This document shows, in pieces, positions 15,274-25,445 of a stretch of 64,000 nt of DNA. This stretch comes from an uncultured Acidobacteriota bacterium. GTDB taxonomy: Bacteria; Acidobacteriota; UBA6911. The stretch spans positions 352,001-416,000 of the forward strand of contig CAWJKZ010000024.1 in NCBI GenBank assembly GCA_963843575.1. Reading direction: 5' to 3'. How positions within the stretch are numbered: the stretch's first letter is position 1; every line of letters starts with the position of its first letter. The notes under the pieces are model-generated. The model was not told where the DNA came from and searched no databases. It was given only the letters and a program-made list of their open reading frames with translations. Made by a program: the position numbers and the translations under genes.

Positions 15274-16251
15274 TCAGTGTGCTGGCTGCGCGACGTAGCG
15301 CGGCGGCAGCCCGGCAGCCAGCCGGTCGATTTCGAGGATGATCAGCTCACGGATGCGCCGGCTGGCGTCCTCCGAGTACCAGGCCGCGTGCGGCGTGAGG
15401 ATGGCGTTGGGCAGCCCGAGCAGCGGGTAGTCCTCCGGCGGCGGCTCCTTGTCGAACACGTCGATGGCGGCGCCGGCGATGACGCCCTCTCGTAGAGCCT
15501 GCGCGAGGGCGCCCGAGTCGACGACCGGCCCGCGCGCCGTGTTGACCAGGTAGGCCTCGGGTCTCATCAGCCGGAGGGTGCGGTCGTTGATCATGTGCCG
15601 CGTCTCGGCCGTCAGCGGCGTGTGGATCGTGACGTAATCCGAACCCGCGGAGCACCGCTTCGAGCGACTCGACCTCCGTCCCCAGCGCCCGTTTCCGCTC
15701 CTCCGGCAGGTAGGGGTCGCACACGAGGAAGTTCACGCCGAAGGACTGGAGCTTCTCGTAGACGCGGCTCCCGATGCGGCCGCAGCCGAGGATTCCGACC
15801 GTCTGTCCGGCGATACGCCGAATCGGGATCAGCGGGCCAGAAATCCCAGCGGCCGCGCCGCACCGAGTCGTCGAGCACCCGGCGGCTGGCGACGACCTTG
15901 CGCCCGCAGGCCAGGATCAGCGCGATGGCCTGTTCGGCGACGTCCTCGGTGCAGTAGTCCGGGATGTAGCACAGCGGGATGCCGGCACGGGCCAGTGCCT
16001 CGACGTCGACGTTGTCGTAGCCGACCCCGTGCCGGATCACGAGCCGGCACCTGCGCCAGCCGGCCACGAGATCTGCCGTGACCGGGACCATGTTGACGAC
16101 CACGACGTCCGCGTCGCGCGTCGCCTCCGCGACCGCGCCGGCAGGCGCGGTCGTCAGCTGGTGGCATCCCAATTCGATCCCGCGTCCGCGAGAGCTGCCC
16201 CCGTTCCCAGTCCAGGTCGGGTTCGATGTAGTCGGTGACCACGACTTTCAT
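15274..16251 (-). CDS. D-2-hydroxyacid dehydrogenase (CtBP/SerA-like), frameshifted
   Basis: RHGVGYDNVD, VNTARG, DVF..EP, TPHAAW. Confidence 0.87.
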
Positions 16252-17354
16252 ACGTTTTCGCTCCCGCCCGGCCGCGCGGCGCGGCCTGTCTCCGCCGATT
16301 CGTAGATGGCCTCGACGACTTCCAGGGCGCACAACCCGTCTTCGGCGGCGATCGGCGGCGCCGTGCGCCCTGCCACCGCGTCGAGCACGTCCGACAGGTA
16401 GCGGCGACCCATGACCCCCGCGTAGCCCGGTTGCGGTTCCAGCTCGAAATCGATGTGCCGGCGCGGGGCGGCGGCGAACTCGCCCGAGTCGCTGCACACG
16501 AACAGCCGTTCGCGCGTGCCCTCGTAAGAGGGGCTCCAGGACAGGACGCCCGCGGTCCCGCGCAACCCCAGGTACAGATCGCGCCCGTGCGGGTACGATT
16601 CCGGCACGGTGTAGCTGATGTCGAGCACCACGACCGTCCCGCGCGAGAATGTGAGAAGCGCGAACGAGTTATCCTCGACGTCGAACTCCCCGTTGACGTG
16701 CACGTTCTTGCCGAGCACCTCAACCACCTCGTCGTCCAGCATCCAACGATAGAAGTCGATCCAGTGCACGCCGAGGTTGTACATGGGGCCACCGCCGCTC
16801 TCCTTGCGGTTGAGCATCCACCGGGCGTTGCCCTCGACGTACCGGTTCAACCGCCCCGCCGCGCAGCGCCCCTCGCAGCCGACGATGCGACCCAAGGCCC
16901 CCTCGTCGACGAACCGCTTCATCTGCCGGGCGACGGGGTGGTAGCGCCAGACGTACGGCGTCGTGAGGATGGTGCCGGCAGCGCGCGCCGCCCGGATCAT
17001 GCGGGCGACGCCCCCGGAAGAGGCGGCCATCGGTTTTTCGACCACCGCGTGAATGCCCCTCTCGGCGCAGGCGACCGCGGCGTCCGGGCACTGGGCATGC
17101 GGCAGAAACACCAGGGCGAGGTCGACCTGCTCGGAGTCGAGCAGGCTTTCCCAGTCTTCGTAGACAGCGGCGTGAAAGTCGCGCGCGAAAGAGTCGCGCA
17201 GCGGCGCGTGAGGGTCCGACGCCGCGACGACCCGGGCCGCCGGCAGGGAGGCCAGAGTCTCCATGTAGCTGCGCGGGTGCAGGTGCGACAGGCCGAGCAG
17301 GCCAACGTTGATCGGCTGCTCGGGCGGTTCCGCCTTGTTGGATTGAGCTTTCAT
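16248..17354 (-). CDS. Gfo/Idh/MocA oxidoreductase
   Basis: VVEKPMA, GGGPMYNLGVHWID; start/stop overlaps with both neighbours. Confidence 0.9.
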   Translation of the reverse strand: MKAQSNKAEPPEQPINVGLLGLSHLHPRSYMETLASLPAARVVAASDPHAPLRDSFARDFHAAVYEDWESLLDSEQVDLALVFLPHAQCPDAAVACAERGIHAVVEKPMAASSGGVARMIRAARAAGTILTTPYVWRYHPVARQMKRFVDEGALGRIVGCEGRCAAGRLNRYVEGNARWMLNRKESGGGPMYNLGVHWIDFYRWMLDDEVVEVLGKNVHVNGEFDVEDNSFALLTFSRGTVVVLDISYTVPESYPHGRDLYLGLRGTAGVLSWSPSYEGTRERLFVCSDSGEFAAAPRRHIDFELEPQPGYAGVMGRRYLSDVLDAVAGRTAPPIAAEDGLCALEVVEAIYESAETGRAARPGGSENV

Positions 17355-18416
17355 TAGAATCGTCCGTCCCGGGCTTCGAAATGCGTCGGCTTGTTCAGTG
17401 TCGGCCCGCCGGACCTGATCCAGTGGGCCGTCCACTCGATCAGGGTGCGCACGGGGACCGAGGGGAACCCGTACAGCCTGTGACACCATGAGGCGTTGTT
17501 GAGCAGGGCGGTGTCGGCCTCCGTCCCCTCGAGTTGGGGAGCAGTCCCGAAAATCTCGCCGAAGCGCGCCGCCACCTCGCGCACCGAGAGTATCTCCGGT
17601 CCCGTCACGTTGAGCACCGCCGGGGGTGACTGGCACAGGCCGAACGAGCGCAGGCAGACCGAGTTCGCGTCCCCCTGCCATATGACGTTCACGCTCCCCG
17701 TCCCGAGCGGAACGGGGATCCGCCCGTAGACGCGGGTGCCGATGTCGAGCAGCACGCCGTAACGCAGTTCGACGGCGTAGTTGAGGCGCAGCAGGGTCAT
17801 CGGGGTGAAGTTGCGGTCCGAGAAATACTGCAGGATCCGCTCGCGCGCCAGCACCGATTGCGCGTACTCGCCGACCGGTCCGGGAGACGAAGCCTCGGTG
17901 CATCCCCCCGACGACGTCGGGACCAGCGGATAGATGTTGCCGCTCGAGAAGGCGACGATCCTCGAGCCGCGGTAGCGTTCCGCCACCAGCGCCGGGAGCA
18001 GCGCGTTCATCGCCCAGGTCAGGGATTCGGCGCCCGTGGAGCCGAACTTGCGGCCGGCCATGAAGACCACGTTGGGAGCGTCCGGCAGTTGCGCGACCTG
18101 ATTCCGCTCCAGGAGATCGGCTGCGATCACCTCGACCCCCGCTTCGGACAGGGAGCGCCGGCCGGCCGGGTCGGAAAAACGGGACACGGCGAAGATGCGC
18201 GGCTGCACTCCGGCCTGGTCGGCCGCCCGGCGCAGACGGCGCGCGAGGCTGGGTCCCATCTTCCCCCCCGCGCCCAGGATGACGACGTCTCCCGCCAGGG
18301 CTGCGGGCCGCCGCCGTATCCTCCGCCGACGGACGCGAGAGGAACTCCTCGAGTTCGGCGACGTCGGCGATGCGCTCCGGCAGCGCTTGCAGATTTGATC
18401 CGGGAATCGGGTTCAT
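17354..18416 (-). CDS. NAD-dependent epimerase/dehydratase (frameshift near 18305)
   Basis: GAGGKMGPSL, GRKFGS, EYAQS..ARE, LRLNYA. Confidence 0.85.
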
Positions 18417-18642
18417 GGCACCTCGCAGGCAGTCGGTTGAAGCTATCGCAACGGCGCCTGCCCGCGCAACCTCAAAAGAGGCCTGAAACTCGTGCGCATC
18501 TTCGAGCTCCATGGCCAAGTTTCGATCATGGGAGCGCCAATAAACAAAAACCTGCCACGGAGGGATACGGAAGGACTTGGCCTGCGGGCGCACTTCCAGA
18601 TTGCGTGCGTTCGGGCGGAGTAATGGCTTATCATCCACATGT

Positions 18643-19410
18643 ATGGCCATACTTGACCTGTTTCGACTGGACGGGAGGGTCGCGCTCGTCACGGGCGCCG
18701 GACGGGGCATCGGACGGGCCATCGCGGAGGCCCTGGCGGGGGCGGGTGCGGACCTCGTCCTGACGGGACGGGGCGGCCGGCTCGTCGAGGCGGCGTCGGA
18801 CATCGGCCGGGAGAGCGGGCGCCGGACGGCAGTCGTGCGCGCCGATCTGGCGCAGGCGGGGGCAGCGCGCCGGGCCTTCGCCGAGGCGGAGCGGGCGTTC
18901 GGGCGCGTGGACATCCTCGTGAACAACGCCGGCACGATCCGCCGCGCAGAGCTCGCCGAATACGCGGAGGCGGACTGGGACCTCATCCTCGAGGTTAATC
19001 TCAAGGCGGCCTTCTTGCTCAGCCAGGCCGCAGCCCGGGGAATGGTCGGGCGCGGCCACGGCAAGATCATCAACGTCGCCTCGCTGCTCTCGTTCCAGGG
19101 GGGGATTCGCGTCCCCGCTTACGCGGCCAGCAAGGGGGGGCTGGCGCAGCTGACCAAGGCGCTCGCCAACGAGCTCGCCCCCCGCGGCGTGAACGTCAAC
19201 GCCATCGCCCCGGGGTACGTTGCGACCGACAACACCACGGACCTGCGCAGCGACGAAGCCCGCAGCCGGCAGATCCTCGACCGGATCCCCGCGGGAAGAT
19301 GGGGCGAAGCGTCCGACCTGGGCGGCGCCGCGGTGTTCCTGGCGTCGGAGGCGAGCCGCTACGTCCATGGACACGTCCTGCTGGTCGACGGCGGCTGGAT
19401 GGCGCGATAA
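18643..19410 (+). CDS. kduD: 2-dehydro-3-deoxy-D-gluconate 5-dehydrogenase KduD-like SDR
   Basis: NNAGTIRR, SLLSFQGGIRVPAYAASK, RIPAGRWG, VDGGWMAR C-terminus. Confidence 0.85.
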   Translation: MAILDLFRLDGRVALVTGAGRGIGRAIAEALAGAGADLVLTGRGGRLVEAASDIGRESGRRTAVVRADLAQAGAARRAFAEAERAFGRVDILVNNAGTIRRAELAEYAEADWDLILEVNLKAAFLLSQAAARGMVGRGHGKIINVASLLSFQGGIRVPAYAASKGGLAQLTKALANELAPRGVNVNAIAPGYVATDNTTDLRSDEARSRQILDRIPAGRWGEASDLGGAAVFLASEASRYVHGHVLLVDGGWMAR

Positions 19411-19478
19411 TCTTCGAGATTCTTCGAGCCCTTCGAGGTAAGGTTCAGGACGTCTGACGACTTGCCCGGAGGCACACG

Positions 19479-20875
19479 ATGCACCGCGCGAACATGGACG
19501 ACCAGGCCGAGCGCGTCAACGCAGCCTCGCTCTCCCTCCTGGAGGATCCCGGGATCAGGATCGAGCACGATGCGGTCGCCGCCCTGCTGCTGGCCGGCGG
19601 GGCGCGGCCCGGGGCTGCTTCGTCCGTGGTACGGTTCCCCCGCGGGCTGGTGGAGGACGCGCTGGCGGCCGCCCCCCGCTCGTTCGTGCTGGCCGCCAGG
19701 TGCGGCCCTGCGGTTGAGCTCGCACCCGATTCGACACCCGTCTTCTGGTCCGTCCCCGGCATGTCGCTCTTCCGCAACGGGGCGCATCGCCCGTTCACCT
19801 CGGCCGACATGGCCGATGCGGCGCGCCTGCTGGACAGGCTGCCGAGCGTGCACGCCGTCTTCGGCATGGCGCTCGACGACGTGCCGCCCCCGGCGCGCGA
19901 TGTCGCTGGCCTGAACATAATCGCCCGCAACAGCGGAAAGCACGTCCGGGTGCTTTGCTTCAGCCCGCAGGGGGCGGAGACCCTCGTGCGCATGCAGGCC
20001 GTCGTGCGCCAACGCGCTCCTGGTTCAGCATCGGGTTCACGGCACACGGCCCCCTGAGGTGGACCAACCTCGCCCTGGAAATCTACCGGCGCACCGCCGG
20101 AGTGGGGATACCTGCGAGCATCAACGGCGAGCCGATGGCCGGCGTGTCCGGCCCGGTGACTCTCGCGGGGGCTGCCGCGGTCGGCAACGCCGAGATCCTG
20201 GCCGGCCTGGTCGTCAACCAGCTGCTCGAGCCCGGAAGACCCTGCATTTACAACCTCGGGCTCGCCCACGTGCTAGACATGCGGACCGCCGTCGCAGTCA
20301 CCGGCGGCCCGGAAAACGCGTTGTTTGCTGAGCTGTCTGCCGCCATGGGCCGCTTCTACGGGCTCCCCTCGGCCTCGTGGGTCTCCACCGAAGCGATGTG
20401 CCCGGATTCCCAGGCGGCGCTGGAGAAGATGTTCGGTTTCCACACACATGCCGCGGCAGGGGTCAGCGTCATCTGGGGGGTCGGCCAACTCGAATCGGAG
20501 ATGACGTTCTCGCCGGCGCAGGCGGTCATCGACGACGAGATGATCTCCTATGCGAAACGCTTCCGTCGCGGCCTCGAGGCCGACGACGACAGCCTCGCCG
20601 TCGACGTGATCCGCTCTGTCGGCATCGCGGGCTCCTTCCTGGATCACCCGCACACGCTCGACAACTTCAAGTCCGAACTCTACATCCCCTTCATTCTCAA
20701 TCGTGTGCGCCGGAGCGCCTGGGAAAAAGCCGGGCGCCTCAGGCTGGACGAGCGAGCCGAGGAAACGGCGACCCGGCTGATGTCGCAGCCCGTGAGCAAC
20801 GGCCTGTCCGAGCTCCAGTCCCTCGAACTGGACCGGATCACCAGCGCGTTCCTGCGGGACGTCGCCCGCAGCTGA
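19479..20875 (+). CDS. trimethylamine methyltransferase (MttB) family protein, non-pyrrolysine; frameshift near 20015
   Basis: PMAGVSGPVTLAG..GNAEILAG, D.QAALEK, QAVIDDEM, FLDHPHT; no in-frame TAG seen. Confidence 0.85.
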
Positions 20876-21053
20876 CTGGATGGACTGCGGCGCCTCGGCG
20901 CCCCGCTCTAGAATCAACAGTTGGGCAGCCTCCGAAGCTTGAACCCGCTGAGCAGCCGGTCGAAAATTTCGAAACCTTTTGCCCCACACTCTATCAATAA
21001 CTGTGCGTCCCGAGCCTCCCAGAGGGGTGGGCCAGGACCAGAGGAGGGGGAAA

Positions 21054-21632
21054 ATGATGAGCGAAAGGACTTTGCGAAAACTGCTGTTGGCTGTTCCTGT
21101 CCTGGCATTGGGTCTGGCGCTACCAGGGGGTATTTCCGGTAAGGAAGCACAGAAGCCGCAACGTGTGGACCAGGCGCAGAACCGTCTCGCCAGGGAAGTG
21201 CGTCACCAGTTGGTCATGCTCCCGTTCTACGGGGTTTTCGACAACCTGGAGTATCAGCTCCAGGGGGTGGACACGGTCGTACTGTCGGGCCAGGTGACCC
21301 GGCCGACACTGAAGAGCGGGGCTGAGAACGTGGTGCGCGACATCGAGGGCGTGGCCAAGGTGGTCAACAACATCGAAGTTCTTCCGTTGTCGCCCAACGA
21401 CGACAGGATCCGGCTGGCGGTTTACCGGGCTATCTATGGACACACCGGCCTCGACCGCTATGGCATACGCGCGGTGCCGCCTATCCACATCGTGGTGAAC
21501 AACGGCAAGGTGACGCTCGTGGGGGTGGTCGCCAACGAGGCGGACAAGAACCTGGCCGGCATAGTCGCCAACGGTGTCCCGGGGACATTCGGGGTTACCA
21601 ACAATCTTCGGGTGGAAACCGAGGACAAGTAG
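21054..21632 (+). CDS. secreted BON-domain protein
   Basis: Signal peptide; two BON-like repeats (VVLSGQV..VNNIEV; VTLVGVV..VTNNL). Confidence 0.88.
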   Translation: MMSERTLRKLLLAVPVLALGLALPGGISGKEAQKPQRVDQAQNRLAREVRHQLVMLPFYGVFDNLEYQLQGVDTVVLSGQVTRPTLKSGAENVVRDIEGVAKVVNNIEVLPLSPNDDRIRLAVYRAIYGHTGLDRYGIRAVPPIHIVVNNGKVTLVGVVANEADKNLAGIVANGVPGTFGVTNNLRVETEDK

Positions 21633-21943
21633 CAGTGGGCGGGGGCGGCCCGACCCCGCCCCCGGGAGCTGCAGCAGGGGGCACCAGGGCCCACTTAGTA
21701 CACAGTCTCATAAGTGCGCTGACGCATTTTTCAGGACGCAGAACAACCCGGGCGATGAGAGACAAAAGCCAAAACAGAACGCCGATTCCGCGGATCCAAC
21801 GGATTCACGCGGATCGGCCGCGTCCGGCATCCCACCGTGAGGGCTGCCTTGGGCACACAGGACTTTCCGGGCCCTGCCGGAAAACGCCGGACGCGGCCTA
21901 TCGCTAGGTCGATCCGTGGGGATCCGCGCGCATCTTATGAACA

Positions 21944-22465
21944 TCAGTACTCAGTCTCCCCAGGGGGAACCGGATTGACGAGGTCCAGATACCGGCGGAC
22001 GACGTACACGCCATCGGGTGTGAACGAGGGACCCTGAGCGATCACGGTGTCGGGGGCCACGAAACACCCGCTCACGATTTCTTCTTCCTGCAGCGTCATC
22101 GGGCCGTCGTACATGCACGTGAAGACCGCTCCCCAGACCTCGACGCCGGCGTCGGCATAGTGGAACTCGAACAGGAACCGCAGCGGTACCCCCCGGATGC
22201 CGAGTTCCTCGTCCAGTTCGCGGGCGGCCCCCTGCTCGTAGCTCTCGCCCTGCAACACTACGCCTCCCGCGGCGGGGTCCAGGTAGCCGGGGAAGATATC
22301 TTTCGTCGGGGAGCGCCTCTGCACGAAGAGTTCGCCCGCGGAGTTGAAGACGAGGATGTAGGTGCTCCGGTGCGGCAGGCGCCGGCGCCGCATCTCCGCC
22401 CGGGGCGCCGCTCCCACGACCCGGTTCTCCCCGTCGACGATGACGACGATTTCGTCGGCCGACAT
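21944..22465 (-). CDS. NUDIX hydrolase (YfcD/IDI-like)
   Basis: GGVV..GESYEQGAARELDEELGI Nudix box. Confidence 0.9.
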   Translation of the reverse strand: MSADEIVVIVDGENRVVGAAPRAEMRRRRLPHRSTYILVFNSAGELFVQRRSPTKDIFPGYLDPAAGGVVLQGESYEQGAARELDEELGIRGVPLRFLFEFHYADAGVEVWGAVFTCMYDGPMTLQEEEIVSGCFVAPDTVIAQGPSFTPDGVYVVRRYLDLVNPVPPGETEY

Positions 22466-22487
22466 CTTTTCCTCCCTTGGTACCGGA

Positions 22488-24086
22488 CTAGTTCCCGGCG
22501 GCCACCTCAGCTGCGGCGGCGGCGGCGGACCTGTCTTTCAGGAGTTTGTACCGTACGCCGTCGGCCAGGGCCTGGTAACTGGCCTCGAGAATGTTTTCAG
22601 ACACCCCGACGGTTGTCCAGTTCTCCTGCCCGTCACTCTGCTGGATCAGGACGCGGACCTTCGCCGCCGTCCCCTTGCCGTCGTCCAGCACCCGGACCTT
22701 GTAATCCGTAAGCTGGACGGAGCGGAGCGGCTCGAAGAATTCCTGCAGCGCTTTGTGCAGGGCGCAGTCCAGCGCGTGGACCGGGCCGTCCCCCTCGGCT
22801 GCCGTGTGGACGACACGGTCACCGACCAGTATCTTCACCGTGGCTTCCGAGGTGTATTCCCCGGTCCGGCGCAGTTCGTTGATCACCCGGAAATTGTCGA
22901 TCGTAAAGAAGTCGCTCTCCCCGTGCATTGCGGTTTCGAGCAGCACCCGCAGCGAACCCTCGGCCGCCTCGAACTCGTACCCCTCGTGCTCGAGCTTTTT
23001 GACGCGGCTCAGCGCGTGTTTCAGGGCCTCTTGGTTGTCTTCGATCCGGAGGTTCATCTCGCGGGCCTTGTAAAGCAGATTGCTCTTACCGGAGAGCTCC
23101 GAAACCAGGACGCGGCGCGCGTTGCCGACGGTTTCCGGGGTGATGTGTTCGTAGGTTGCGGCATCCTTGACGACCGCGCTGACGTGCACCCCGCCTTTGT
23201 GTGCGAAGGCGCTTTCACCGACGAACGGGAGTTCGTTGCGGTGAGGCAGGTTCGCGACCTGGCTGACGAAGCGCGAGGTGGCGGCGAGGAGGGGAAGCCG
23301 GTCCCTGCCGATGGTTTCGACCCCCATCTTGAGCTCGAGGTTGGGGATGACCGAGCAGAGGTTGGCGTTGCCGCAACGCTCGCCGAAGCCGTTGATCGTT
23401 CCCTGCACTTGCACGGCGCCGCACCGGACGGCGGCGAGGCTGTTGGCGACGGCCAGTTCCGAGTCGTTGTGGGCATGGATTCCGAGGGGAAGCCGCACCG
23501 CCGAGCGGGCACTGAGCAGCGCCTCCTCGACGTGGCCCGTCAGGCTGCCTCCGTTGGTGTCGCACAGCACGATGATGTCGGCGCCTCCTTCCTCGGCCGC
23601 ACGGAGCGTCGCGAGGGCGTATTCGGGATTGGCGGCGAAGCCGTCGAAGAAGTGCTCGGCGTCGTAGACCACTTCGCGGCCAGCCTCCTTGAGGTAGGCC
23701 ACGGAGGCACGGATGAGGTCGCAGTTCCTCGCCAGCGGGATCTTGAGGGCGGTGGTGACGTGAAAATCCCAGGTTTTGCCGAAGATCGTCACGACCGGGG
23801 TCGCCGCTGCCAGCAGAGCGTTCAGGTTGGGATCCTCCGACGGGGTGTGGCGCGCGTGGGCGGTGCTCCCGAAAGCCGCGATTCTGGCACTGTGCCACGT
23901 CATCGAGCGCGCCCGCTCGAAGAACTCGGCGTCCTTCTCGTTGGAGCCGGGCCACCCCCCCTCGATGTAGTCGACCCCCAACTCGTCGAGCTTCCGTGCC
24001 ACGCGCAGCTTGTCCTCGACTGAAAACGCCACGTTTTCGCTCTGGGTTCCGTCCCGAAGGGTCGTATCGTAGATCTGGACTTTCAC
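22488..24086 (-). CDS. cimA: citramalate synthase
   Basis: DTTLRDGTQ, IEGGWPGSN, DAEHFFDG, HAHND, GERCGN, AHKGG; LeuA-type allosteric C-terminus. Confidence 0.92.
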   Translation of the reverse strand: MKVQIYDTTLRDGTQSENVAFSVEDKLRVARKLDELGVDYIEGGWPGSNEKDAEFFERARSMTWHSARIAAFGSTAHARHTPSEDPNLNALLAAATPVVTIFGKTWDFHVTTALKIPLARNCDLIRASVAYLKEAGREVVYDAEHFFDGFAANPEYALATLRAAEEGGADIIVLCDTNGGSLTGHVEEALLSARSAVRLPLGIHAHNDSELAVANSLAAVRCGAVQVQGTINGFGERCGNANLCSVIPNLELKMGVETIGRDRLPLLAATSRFVSQVANLPHRNELPFVGESAFAHKGGVHVSAVVKDAATYEHITPETVGNARRVLVSELSGKSNLLYKAREMNLRIEDNQEALKHALSRVKKLEHEGYEFEAAEGSLRVLLETAMHGESDFFTIDNFRVINELRRTGEYTSEATVKILVGDRVVHTAAEGDGPVHALDCALHKALQEFFEPLRSVQLTDYKVRVLDDGKGTAAKVRVLIQQSDGQENWTTVGVSENILEASYQALADGVRYKLLKDRSAAAAAAEVAAGN

Positions 24087-24110
24087 TCTTGCCTCCTTTT
24101 GCGGCGCCTG

Positions 24111-24150
24111 AAAAACAAAAACGCCCTCACCCGGCCGGCGGATGAGGGCG
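24111..24150 (-). terminator. attenuator terminator upstream of cimA
   Basis: Minus-strand CGCCCTCA..TGAGGGCG stem followed by TTTTTGTTTTT, ending 25 nt before the cimA start. Confidence 0.85.
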
Positions 24151-24174
24151 ATGCGTACAGCGGATCGCGAGCCT

Positions 24175-24249
24175 CTAACCGCCGGGGGGGCTCCCCCGGA
24201 CGATGATGATGCTAATGGCGATCGCGACGAACCCGGCTTCCCTGGTCAT
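24175..24249 (-). CDS. Ile/Val-rich leader peptide MTREAGFVAIAISIIIVRGSPPGG (attenuator)
   Basis: 24 codons with 5 Ile and 2 Val clustered; directly upstream of a terminator and of cimA. Confidence 0.85.
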   Translation of the reverse strand: MTREAGFVAIAISIIIVRGSPPGG

Positions 24250-24345
24250 TTACAGATCCTATACCTAGAATTAATACAACTCTGCCACACACCGCCCAGT
24301 TTGTAAACAACATCTGCGGGTGCCTCATGGTCCGGCTTCCGATTT

Positions 24346-25380
24346 TCATTCGAGGTCGCCGCAGCGCTCCGCCACCGTCGAAAGGAACTGCACGACCCGG
24401 CACTCGCCCCAGTATGCGTCGAAGTCCGTGCCGGCGGGTGGGCGGGGCTGCAGGAAACCGGTGTGGCCCCCGTACCGGGTCGCGAGGAGCAGGAGGTGCG
24501 GGTTCCGTTCGATGCCCGAGGTGAGGAACGGCTCGAACGGGATCATCGGGTCGTCCATGGCCTGAACGATCAGGGTCGGCACCCGGATGGCGCCGAGCAA
24601 CGGGGCCGAGCTGGCGAGGCGGTAGTAGTCGTCGGCCGTCCCGAAACCGAAGTGGGGCGCAGTGACGAGGTCGTCGAATTCGTATATGGTCCGGACCCGC
24701 TCGATCTTCTTCATGTCGCCCAGGGCCGGGTAGAGCGCCAGCTTGCGCCGCATTCTGCGGATCAGGTTGCGCACGAAATACCGCTGGTAGATCCAATTCT
24801 GCGGGAGGCTGAGCTTCTCCACCCCGAGACCGAGGTCGATCGGCGGGCTGATGACGGCGGCCGAGCGCAGCGGGTCACCGCCGTTTTCACCCTGCTCTCC
24901 CAGGTATTTGAGCAGGACGTTTGCCCCGAGCGACACGGCGGCAGCGTACACGTGCTCCAGCCCGAGCCCGCGCAGCCAGCGGATGACGGCGCGCACGTCC
25001 TGCGACAATCCGGCGCAGTAGAGCGTCGCGGTCAGGTGCTCGGTGCCGCCGCAGTTGCGCATGTTGAGCCTCACCACGTGAAACCCCTGGGCATACGCCT
25101 TCTTGCTCATCCCTACCAGGTAGTGCGAGCGCGCGCTGCCTTCCAGGCCGTGCAGAAATATCGCGACTGGCCGCTTTCCGAGGTGTCCCGGCTGCCACGA
25201 CGCCTCGCCGGTGATCCTCCCCTCGGCGCCCAGATCGATTTCCACGGTTTCGTACGACTGCCAGCCGTAGTTCCAGCTCCGCGGTTTCCGGGAGGAGACG
25301 ATCGTCTGCAGATGCGGGTTGCGCAGCCAGCGGGGCGGGTCGAAGGGCGGATAGGTCAGCCGCGGCATCCGAGAAGCCAT
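24346..25380 (-). CDS. YheT-like alpha/beta hydrolase
   Basis: NPHLQT, HGLEGS, VSLGAN, DDP, GGHTGF. Confidence 0.9.
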   Translation of the reverse strand: MASRMPRLTYPPFDPPRWLRNPHLQTIVSSRKPRSWNYGWQSYETVEIDLGAEGRITGEASWQPGHLGKRPVAIFLHGLEGSARSHYLVGMSKKAYAQGFHVVRLNMRNCGGTEHLTATLYCAGLSQDVRAVIRWLRGLGLEHVYAAAVSLGANVLLKYLGEQGENGGDPLRSAAVISPPIDLGLGVEKLSLPQNWIYQRYFVRNLIRRMRRKLALYPALGDMKKIERVRTIYEFDDLVTAPHFGFGTADDYYRLASSAPLLGAIRVPTLIVQAMDDPMIPFEPFLTSGIERNPHLLLLATRYGGHTGFLQPRPPAGTDFDAYWGECRVVQFLSTVAERCGDLE

Positions 25381-25445
25381 AGGTGGCAAATAGTGCGCGC
25401 GGGCCTGTCCGCCGTCAAGCGCATGGTTTACAATGGCCCGTACCG

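Noticed and set aside
19955-20875. Pyrrolysine recoding in MttB
   Set aside because: No in-frame TAG; the break near 20015 is a frameshift
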